This document shows positions 53,481 through 63,129 of a DNA stretch of 64,000 nt, piece by piece; within the stretch, counting starts at the first letter, position 1, and every line of letters starts with the position of its first letter. The stretch is from contig OZ024741.1 of the NCBI GenBank assembly GCA_964016885.1, positions 279,682,001 to 279,746,000 on the forward strand, read 5' to 3'. This DNA comes from Eledone cirrhosa (Eukaryota). Made by a program: the position numbers and the translations under genes. A model generated the notes under the pieces. That model made no database searches, was not told where the DNA came from, and saw nothing but the letters and a program-made list of their open reading frames with translations.

Positions 53481-54981
53481 ACAGAGTTCCACGTGCTGTA
53501 ATCTGGTGGGCTCTTAGAAAACTAGGAGTAGATGAATGGCTTGTGAAAGCAGTACAAGTCATGTATAGGGGAGCAGTCAGCAAAGTTAGGATTAGCAATG
53601 AGTATAGCGAGGAATTTAGCGTACAGGTTGGGGTCCACCAGGGCTCTGTTCTTAGCCCCCTCCTGTTCATCATAGTCCTGCAGGCAATAACGGAGGAGTT
53701 TAAGACCGGGTGCCCATGGGAACTCCTGTATGCTGATGACCTCGCACTCATAGCTGAATCTATGGTAGAACTAGAGAATAAATTCCAAACTTGGAAGCAG
53801 GGACTAGAAAGAAAGGGTCTCAAAGTCAACATGACAAAGACTAAGGTCCTTGTAAGTAGACGAGAAAACAGAACCCAGATCCCCTCAGGGAAATGGCCTT
53901 GCTCAGTATGTAGGAAAGGTGTAGGTAGGAACTCCATTCTCTGCCCCAAATGCAAACAATGGGTACACAAGAGATGTAGCGGGATCTCAGGAAGCTTAAT
54001 TAAGAATGTAGGATTCACATGCAGCAGCTGTGCTGAGACAGCAAGCAGCCACAGGAAACAAGTACCACCAATCTCTGGGAGGGCTCTGTAGAAACAGTAG
54101 ACAGCTTCTGCTACCTAGGTGACCGAATTAGCAGCGGAGGTGGGTGTTCAGAAAGTACAATAACTAGGGTAAGAACGGGATAGAAGAAGTTTAGGGAACT
54201 ACTACCACTGCTAGCTGCAAAAGGCTTCGCCCTCAGAATGAAAGGCAGACTGTATGATGCGTGTATCCGAACAGCGATGTTGCATGGTAGTGAGACCTGG
54301 GCGCTGAAGGTGGAAGACTTACGTAGATTAGAGAGAAACGAAGCCTGCATGCTCCGATGGATGTGTAACAGTAATATACGTGAACGACAAAGCATAAATG
54401 AATTGAGAGAGAGACTGAGCATAAGAGGAATCAAATGCTGTGTGCAGGAGAGGCGGTTGCGCTGGTATGGACATGTGATGCGTATGAAGGATGACAGCTG
54501 CATAAAAAGGTGCAGAGCACTAGAAGTTGATGGAAACCGCGGAGTGGGGAGACCCAAGATGACCTGGGATGAGGTGATAAAAGCCGACCTTACCCAATTA
54601 CACCTCTCAAAGGCGATGACACACGACTGTGACCTCTGGCGTCACGCAGTAATACAGAGTACCCGACTTCCCATGGGTACAAGCTGAAGCATATAGACAA
54701 TATGCCCCCCCCCCCCCACCGCAAGGTGGTCGTGGAGGTGCCACGGCAAAAAAGCACCCAGCCCACACGTAAAGTGGACGTGTAGGCGCCACGAAAAAGC
54801 ACCCAGCACTCACTGTAAATGAGGTTGGTGTTAGGAAGGGCATCCAGCTGTAGAAATCAAGCCAAATCAGTTCCTGTATGAGCAAGGCATGGTCAGCCGA
54901 CCAGACACTGCCCACAACAGGACAACCCATCTAACCCATGCTAGCGGGGAAGAACGGACGTAAAACGGTGATGATGATGAT
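53481..54981 (+). mobile_element. PHD-RTE LINE copy H (second subfamily)
   Basis: ORFs 53543-54091 and 54238-54687; (GAT)n tail; (TA)n flanks. Confidence 0.95.
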
Positions 54982-55050
54982 ATATAGTGGTGGAACACTG
55001 GAAGGTAATATCCGTAGTGGTAGAGCACTCAGTCCAAGGGACAAGTTAGG

Positions 55051-55192
55051 TAGAAGTGGTTACACAACAGTTAGTTCACCATACCGAGAACAATTGTTTC
55101 ACCTTAGCGGATCTTCAGCTCGGGATGAAGATCCGCTAAGGTGAAACAATTGTTCTCGGTATGGTGAACTAACTGTTGTGTAATCACTTCTA
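55051..55192. repeat. Near-perfect palindrome (~67-bp arms, 8-nt loop), Penelope-like inverted pLTR junction
   Basis: TAGAAGTG.TTACACAACAGTTAGTTCACCATACCGAGAACAATTGTTTCACCTTAGCGGATCTTCA and its reverse complement. Confidence 0.92.
55084..55123 (-). ncRNA. Minimal type-I hammerhead ribozyme
   Basis: Reverse complement: CCGAG-CTGAAGA-TCC GCTAA GGT-GAAAC-AATT-GTT-CTCGG; perfect 5-bp stem I, palindromic stem III (ACAATTGT), GUU triplet. Confidence 0.8.
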
Positions 55193-55196
55193 TATA

Positions 55197-55450
55197 TGTC
55201 ATCATCATCATCATCATCATCATCGTTTAACGTCCATGTTCCACGCTTGCATGGGTTTGGACGGGAGTTTTCCCACTTGAGGCAAGAGTGGTTGTCTCAC
55301 TCGCATAGGACTGTCTGGCGGGTTTTCTACAGCTGGATGCCCTTCCTAACACCAACCACATTTACAGTGTGGGACTGGGAGGTTTTTACCGTGTTGCCTA
55401 CACGGCCACATTACAGCATGGACTGTGTGTTTTTTTGTCGTGACACCTGT
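55197..55450 (-). mobile_element. RTE 3'UTR-only copy
   Basis: Near-identical to 50253-50512; (TA)n at the 5' junction. Confidence 0.92.
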
Positions 55451-55509
55451 ATATATATATATATATATAAAATATATATATATATTTATATAATATATAT
55501 ATATATTTA

Positions 55510-55614
55510 AATGGAAAAAATGAAACAAAATTTTATTTCTCACTCTTAGTACGGCTGTTACTTAAATATAAATATGTATACGTACATACATATATGTATA
55601 CAGACGTACAGTAG

Positions 55615-55668
<54 letters not shown>

Positions 55669-55940
55669 CATGCACACATATATATATATGTACGTATGGA
55701 TTCACCAAACATTTATTATAATGCTCGGTGTGTTTGTAAACAAACATCCCGAATTAAGCCGTACAGTGTCTAGCAACCATCGTCGCTCATTTGTTCAACA
55801 CTGACAAAGGAACGCTGTACTAGTTTCAAGCTTATTAGCTATCGTCAGCAACGTATACCCTCCTGCCAGATGGTTGAACGTCTGAAAGTATATACTTTCC
55901 TTATGCATATTAACGGCTGAGCAGCCTAATTTGCATATCG
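55510..55940 (-). mobile_element. Hammerhead-bearing repeat, copy 2
   Basis: Inverse homologue of 43440-43850. Confidence 0.7.
55812..55854 (-). ncRNA. Minimal type-I hammerhead ribozyme, intact
   Basis: Reverse complement: ACGTTG-CTGACGA-T AGCT AATA AGCT T-GAAAC-TA-GTA-CAGCGT; 6-bp stem I with one G-U pair, GUA triplet. Confidence 0.82.
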
Positions 55941-55974
55941 AATGGATTAGACTGATTCAGTATCAGAGCTATAA

Positions 55975-56468
55975 AGTACATTATGAAGAGAGAAGAAACA
56001 TTAGATATAATTAGTAATAAGATATATTATACCCAGCTGGTTCTTCAGTCCCCGACTATGTAGTTTCGTGGCATATTATGCAAAAACACTAGATCATAGA
56101 GATATAGAGTCTTTGTGAGGTTCTGCCGACTTATCAAGGGGGTACCTCATTAAGGATTTCAAAACACGTCTGCAATGCGCGAGATAGAATCTCGAAAAGG
56201 CGGAGGGAGAGTCAATCACGTGATACAACGGTCAAGAAACAGAGTTAAGCTCCTTATAACTCTGAAAAAAATACTGCGGAGGCGGAGGGGGTATTCATAT
56301 CAAAGCCGTAGAAGAGGTGGTTTGAGGATGCGAGAAGTATGAGTAATGGTAGCTATCCAGCTATCCAGCAGTCACTCCACTTCAAAGGTTACTCGACCAA
56401 AGGGAGTTATAAACAATATATCTTATTACTAATTATATCTAATGTTTCCTCTCTCTTGATAATGTACT
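55975..56468. mobile_element. ~490-bp element bounded by ~58-bp inverted repeats (MITE or PLE fold-back)
   Basis: AGTACATTAT.AAGAGAGA.GAAACATTAGATATAATTAGTAATAAGATATATT and its reverse complement at ~56416-56468. Confidence 0.75.
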
Positions 56469-56729
56469 ATATATAATATATATATAAAAGACAGATTCTA
56501 TGAGACACTGATGCTCACTACCTCCCAAATAACCGACAGTGACTATATAATTATTGTTGCGACCTAAATGGTCACGTTGAACAACATTGTGACGGCTATG
56601 ACGGAATCCATGGAGGCTATGGGTTTGGTACTAAAAATGAGGAAGGCTCCAGAATCCTGGAATTCTGTGACGCAAATAACCTAACTATCTGTAACACTAA
56701 CTTCAAAAAACGAGACAATCACTTGATCA

Positions 56730-58795
56730 TGTAGCGGAATACTGGGTTGTATGAAATGTAACATGGAGACATGGTTTGTGTGTATAATATTTAATTAACA
56801 ATTTAACAGTATAGTTGACATGTCAAAGAAATAGATGAAAGAATGAAGCAAAGTTAGTAGTTACCGTTTTGATTGCCAGGCAAACGCAGGCTGGCAGAAG
56901 ACGCCTGGCGAAGGCCAGGCGCCGGAAGGGCAAATGAGAGAGTGAGAACTTAAAGTTGTTAGTTTTATAGGGTTCTGACCGGAAGTTACAGAAAGGGTTC
57001 TACTTCCCGTCTAGATGTTGTTAATCTATTGGGGTTGTGAGTCACAACAAGGGAGACAACTGCTACATAACCTCCCGCCAGAATTTTAGAATATAAAAAT
57101 CGAATGAAATATGTAGCAAGTTGGCGAGAATGTTGTAACAGGCATGAAAATTACGACAAAAGAATGTTTGCAAAAATCAATGATAGATGTCAAGGTAGCC
57201 AACCGCTCTTGGCCAGAGAACGACTGGACATCTATCTATCCATCACCCAAAGATACAATATAATAACGTAAGAGAAGAGCTCAAAGTTCAAATGTACAAA
57301 ATATAGTTCACAGGTGTGCAATCACATGACAGCAGGAAAGAAAGTGTGTTCCAGAGAATGAATGCAGGTGGTTTCTGTTCTGTGGTATATCGTGAAATTT
57401 CCAACCTCCGAATGGATTTTCTCACAGGAAGAGTGCTGCAAAAATAAATTCTCTGGCTTGTTCTGCTGGATTTGGTTGTTGGTGAAGCTGTGTTTCTGTT
57501 GATGTTGTTGTCTCGCGGAGTGAGCGTATTCGGTGTTTAAATTCACAGTAAAAAAAATTTCAGAAAAAAATGAGTTGCGCAAAGTGCTAGAAATAACAGC
57601 CGAAGTTGATGGTCGATGTTGAGAATGCGTTGACCTGGAAGGGTCAAGAGGCCAGCGACCAAAGAAATAAGCATTCTGAATAAATGCACAGTTTTCAACG
57701 GCAAATTTACGTGGTATATTTTTAAACCGACAAATAGGAGAATATAGCTTAAGGCTGAAGAATCCTTGGCGAGAAACGTTATCTCTGGCGTGCGGCTATC
57801 TCTGTGAGTCGAGATATCTCTGTGAGTCGAGAATTTGTGCTGCCTACACGTGCCAATACAAGGTTAAGTTAGGTTTAAAAAATAATATTTCTAACGCGCG
57901 AGAAAATGATAGTGCAAGTGTGAAAGTGACAATGATGAAAAAGAAAGGCTTCACTTAGCATAATTATCGGTGTGAACTTTGAAAAAAAAACTTGAACGAT
58001 GAAGGAAACGATGAAAAAAAAAAAAAAAAAAAAAAAAGGCAATGGTTCATCGAAAATAAATGTTCCTGTTGAAATGTTTCTAAAAAAAAAATATCAAATT
58101 TCTTTTTTTGTTTCTTTTTTTGTTCGTTGTAAGAAACGAGAAACATATATATATCGTGAAATGCGACAGTTAGTTGATGCGTGAGAGAAAAAGTCTGTCT
58201 GCACGAAAGTTTCACATGTGCGTGGTGTGTTCGTTTCTTTGACTGAGTATTTTCATAGTTTGTAAATAAATTTGCTGTGTATTCGTAATGTTACTCACAC
58301 AACACCAGATTCTGCTATTTTTTTCTTTTTTCGGCTGCGTGTTCGTATCACGTCAGGGTTATCGATATAGTGGAGAACTGGGTTGTAATCGCAGTTTTCG
58401 GAATATCCTCCTTCCTGACCGGAATTTGGTGGTAGGCTCGCACTAAATCTAACTTAGAAAAAATCTTACACCCCTGCAGTGAAGATGCAAAATCGTGGAG
58501 ATGGGGAATGGGATACCTATCCGGGACGATTTAACAGTCTAGTTGACATGTCAAAGAAATAGATGAAAGAATGAAGCAAAGTTAGTAGTTACCGTTTTGA
58601 TTGCCAGGCAAACGCAAGCTGGCAGAAGACGCCTGGCGAAGGCCAGGCGCCGGAAGGGCAAATGAGAGAGTGAGAACTTAAAGTTGTTAGTTTTATAGGG
58701 TTCTGACCGGAAGTTACAGAAAGGGTTCTACTTCCCATCTAGATGTTGTTAATCTATTGGGGTTGTGAGTCACAACAAGGGAGACAACTGCTACA
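56730..58795 (-). mobile_element. Non-autonomous LTR retroelement (TRIM/LARD-like; the 4-bp TSD suggests a Gypsy/Metaviridae partner)
   Basis: TSD ATCA (56726-56729 / 58796-58799); TGTAGC...GCTACA termini; 267-bp near-identical direct repeats 56801-57067 / 58529-58795; minus-strand PPT GGCGGGAGG at ~57070-57079; tRNA-Trp PBS at 58333-58364; no gag/pol ORF. Confidence 0.9.
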
Positions 58796-60086
58796 ATCAC
58801 CTACAGATCAGGGGAACACAACAGCCAGGTAGATTATATCCTTACCAGAAGACGTGACAGAGTCTCTGTTCTAAACACTAAATCCCTCCCCCATGAAGAA
58901 TGCACCTCTCAACATAGACTCATAATTAGCGGCCTCATAGTCAGGACAAGACGTACTCAACATCAGAAGAGGACTATCCCCAGGAGAAAAATATGGAAGC
59001 TAAAGGACCCCACAGCCAGTAATAAATTTAAAAGCATATTACTTGATGCTTTCGACAGTAAGGAAGAGCAATTAGAGTCGTACAATATAGAGGAACAGTG
59101 GGAATTCCTGAAAGCAAACCTGCCGATGGCGGCAGATGAAGTCTGTGGCTGGAGCAGGCCTATAGACAGGAGGAGAGTAACGTGGTGGTGGAACAGTAAG
59201 GTGGAGGAGTCAATTAAGGCCAAAAAGCAGGCTTGGAAAGTATGGCGGGATGGGGGAAATAGAGAAGACTATCAAGTGGCCAGGAGAGAAGCTAGGAGAC
59301 AAGTGTACTTCGCAAGAAGGGAAGCAGAGGAAAGAAAGTTCAAGCATGTTCTACAACGCAAGGTGTTCAGGATTGCTAGGCAATGTATCAAGGAGAACCG
59401 TGATATTGTCGGGGAGAAGTGTGTCCTTAATGATGATGGTGTACTTGCCATCACTGATGCTGATAAGAAGGTAGCTTGGAAGTGTCACTACGAAAGGCTA
59501 CTAAATGAGGAAAATAAATTGGGAGAAAGACAGTCTCCCCCACATCGATCCAATAGAGGGACCAGCAGTGTTAGTTGAAGGTAGTATAATAAGTAAGGCA
59601 ATCAAAGATATGAAGACGGGTAAGGCTGCTGGGCCTTCGGAAATAGTTGCTGAAATGCTGAAAGCTTCTGGAACGGTGGGACACACTATGGTCACCCGGA
59701 TAGTAAACCAAGTCATACAGAATGGGGTTGTTCTGAAGGACTGGCGTAGCAGCATCATCATTAACTGCTACAAGGGTAAAGGAGATGCCCTAGATAGGGG
59801 TAACTATACAGGTATTAAATTAATCGACCAGGTCATGAAGGTCACAGAAAAAGTAATAGCGCAACTAATCAGAGAGCGAATTGATCTAGATGAAATGCAG
59901 TTCAGGTTTGTGTCAGGTAAAAGTACCACAGATGCTCTTTTCATTGAACGACAACTACAGGAGAAGTACCTAGCTAAAAGTAAACCCCTATACTTAGCTT
60001 TTGTCGACTTGGAGAAAGCCTTTGACAGAGTCCACCGTTCCATTATCTGGTGGGCTCTTAGAAAACTAGGTGTGGATGAATGACTT

Positions 60087-61229
60087 GTGAGAGCTATACA
60101 AGCCATGTATAAAGAAACAGTCAGCAAGGTTAGAATTAACAACGAATATAGTGAAGAGTTTAGCGTAAAAGTTGGTGTTCATCAGGGCTCCGTTCTTAGC
60201 CCCCTACTATTTATTATTGCCCTTCAGGCTATAACAGAGGAGTTCAAAACCGGCTGTGCATGGGAACTCCTATATGCAGATGATCTAACGCTCATAGCTG
60301 AATCAATGGCTGAACTAGAGAAGAAATTCGAAACATGGAAGCACGGCTTAGAATCAAAAGGCCTTAAAGTTAACTTGTCTAAGACTAAAGTTCTAGTTTG
60401 TAGGAAGGAAAATAGGGCACCGGTCCCATCCGGGAAATGGCCATGCTCAGTGTGTAGGAAAAGAGTAGGTAGAAACTCCATTTTATGTCCCAAATGCAAA
60501 GTATGGGTGCATAAAAGATGTAGTGGGATCACAGGTAAGCTAACTAAGAATATAGATTTTATATGTGGCCGGTGCGCTGGTACAATAAGTAGCAGCAAAT
60601 GCGCACAGAATACTAGCTCATTCCATTGCACAGATGGTTCTATAGAAATAGTGGACACCTTCCGTTACTTGAGTGACAAAATCAGCAGTGGTGGAGGGTG
60701 CTCTGAAAGTACAGTAGCTAGAGTCAGAACGGGATGGAAAAAGTTCAGAGAGCTTATACCACTATTGGCCGCTAAAGGGTTCTCTATAAAAATGAAAGGC
60801 AGGCTGTATGATGCCTGCATACGAACAGCAATGTTACATGGCAGTGAGACCTGGGCATTGTGTGCAGAGGATATACGCAGACTGGAGAGAAACGAAGCTT
60901 GCATGCTCCGCTGGATGTGTAATAGTAATATACGTGAACGGCAAAGCATAAACAAACTAAGGGAGAAATTAGGAATAAGAGGGATCAGATGTTGTTTACT
61001 CGAGAGAAGACTACGTTGGTACGGTCACGTGATGCGCATGAAAGACGACAGCTGTATAAAAAAGTGCAGGGCGATAAAAATAGACGGTAGCCACGGAGTA
61101 GGCAGAGCCAGAAAAACCTGGGACGACTTGATAAATTCCCACCTCACACACTTACACCTCTCCAAGACAATGTCACTGGACCGAGATCTTTGGCGCTACA
61201 CAGCTATACAGAAGACCCGCCTTGCCTAA
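60087..61229 (+). pseudogene. LINE ORF2 C-terminal part: RT core (QGSVLSP, YADD), PHD finger, YLG, RTE C-terminal domain
   Basis: 380-aa ORF in the track; the upstream part is separated by a nonsense codon and frameshifts. Confidence 0.93.
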
Positions 61230-61770
61230 GTACAAAGCGAAACCTACAGTCTGTAGGCACCTCTAACAAAATACCCCCCCCTCTCGTCCCACTACCCCCA
61301 CCTCATCCACACCACCCCCTTAAATGTGAAGTTATGTTGGTACCATAACATCCAGTCCGAAACAAATGAGGTCGTGTAGGTGTCACAACAAAAAAAAAAA
61401 ACCCACAGTCCACACTGTAATGTGGCCGTGTAGGTAACACGGTAAAAACCTCCCAGTCCACACTGCAAACGTGGTTGGTGTTGGGAAGGGCACCCAGCGG
61501 TAGAAAACTCGCCAGACGTGTAGGTGTCATGACAATAAAAACACACAGTTCACGCTGTAATGTGGCTGTGTAGGTAACACGGTAAAAACCTCCCAGTCCA
61601 CACTGTAAAGGTGGTTGGTGTTAGGAAGGGCATCCAGCCGTAGAAAACCCGTCAGACAGTCCTATACGGGCAGGACAACCAATCTTGCCTTAAGTGGGAA
61701 AACTCCCGTCCAAACCCATGCAAGCGTGGAAGATGGACGTTAAACGATGGTGATGATGATGATGATGATG

Positions 61771-61812
<42 letters not shown>

Positions 61813-61971
61813 TATACACATATATATATATAAGATATGTTTCTTTATTATCCACAGGGGCACAAAAGAAGGGGACAAATACAAAAGGGGAAGTTTACAT
61901 ACAATAAAAACGTGTAAAATATAGAAAGACAGAGAAATACAGAGAACAGAAATTGAGTAGAGCAGAAGATA

Positions 61972-62018
<47 letters not shown>

Positions 62019-62049
62019 GAAAAAATAATGAATAATATGAAGTATTTCT

Positions 62050-62185
62050 ACTGTTAGTGTAGTAGTATATGACATACAGTACTGCTACAGTTAGTGTAAT
62101 AGTATATGATATATAGTACTGATTCAGTTAGTGTAGTAGTATATGACATAGTACTGATACAGTTAGTTTATGAAGTGTAGTAGTA
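62050..62185. repeat. ~37-bp tandem repeat (GTTAGTGTAGTAGTATATGACATA..GTACTG.TACA)
   Basis: About 3 units seen directly. Confidence 0.8.
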
Positions 62186-62777
62186 AATTTCAGTAGACAG
62201 GTCTTTTAGAATTTGTGCTAAGGTCTTCTGGAATTTTCCATAATTTTAGAATAACAATCCTTTGTTAAAACAACACCTTTATTGTCTACAGGTGTTTCTC
62301 TTCTCATCTCTCAACCCCTTTTTTATACTTTGACAACATCTATCTACCACTAGCTCTCAGCTGAAGTCAGGCTTCCTTACAGGCTTCATTTTAACTCGTC
62401 TGTCTTCTATATCCAAAATATGGCAGTAGCCAATATCGAACAACTATGATTTCTAAAACTATTGATCGATTCCAGCATAGTTGTAGCAAACACAGTGAGA
62501 CAGATTAAGTTAGAGTGCCCCCCCCCCCCCCCCCCGCACATTCAGAGGTCATTTTATCTATTTATTTATTTATTATAAATTTTATTACTATTTTTGATAG
62601 GGTGGAAAGGCAGTATGAAGACAGGCATTTGGTAAATAGCAAAGAAATTTATCGGTCAGTTGAAGTACACAGCCAATCTATCCAAGAGGCTTTAGAGAAT
62701 ATAGTGTACTACAGTGGTCATCACAGCAGTGCTGAGTTCAAACACTTCTGGGCTTCTCATCAGACATTGTAAGACTC

Positions 62778-62820
62778 AGGGTTAGGGTTAGGTTTAGGGT
62801 TAAGGTTAGGGTTAGGGTAG
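62778..62820 (+). repeat. Short degenerate (TTAGGG)n interstitial telomere-like tract
   Basis: AGGGTTAGGGTTAGGTTTAGGGTTAAGGTTAGGGTTAGGGTAG. Confidence 0.85.
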
Positions 62821-63129
62821 TGCTACACACAGTTTCTACATGTATTATTATTATTATTATTGTTTGTTTCTTTTACTGGTTTCAGACATTGAACTACAGC
62901 TAAATGTGGGCACTGCTTTCAAATATTAAGTTGAGTGTACTGATTCCTGCCCCATACTTATTTTATCAATATCTATTTGTTGGACTGTTAAGTTATTGGA
63001 CATAAGGGACACAGCATAAGACCAGTGTAAATTGGGGTACCTATAAACATTATTTTGCTTTGATAGATATATGGTGTCAAATGAGTGCTTTATAATTATT
63101 ATTATAATTATTATTATTTATTTTGCATA

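Larger units (their letters stand above)
56486..61772 (+). mobile_element. Longest PHD-RTE LINE, copy I (APE C-terminal half + RT + PHD + 3'UTR), inactivated and split by an LTR element
   Basis: APE motifs DLNGHV, GYGFGTKNEEG, NNLTICNTNFKKRDNHLI|TYRSG..SQVDYIL; ORFs 59126-61229; TGA at 60081; (GAT)n tail followed by (TA)n. Confidence 0.96.

Noticed and set aside
53425-54930. Recurrent antisense ORFs (e.g. MEFLPTPFLHTEQGHFP, FYSWMPFLTPTTFTV) in many LINE copies
   Set aside because: Shadows of the sense ORF2 or 3'UTR; they recur only because the element is repeated, and their start and stop positions vary.
56486-61772. Active autonomous LINE
   Set aside because: 5'-truncated within APE, split by an LTR insertion, and carries frameshifts and a nonsense codon at 60081.
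62778-62820. True telomere or chromosome fusion site
   Set aside because: Only ~7 degenerate units in one orientation, with no head-to-head CCCTAA tract.
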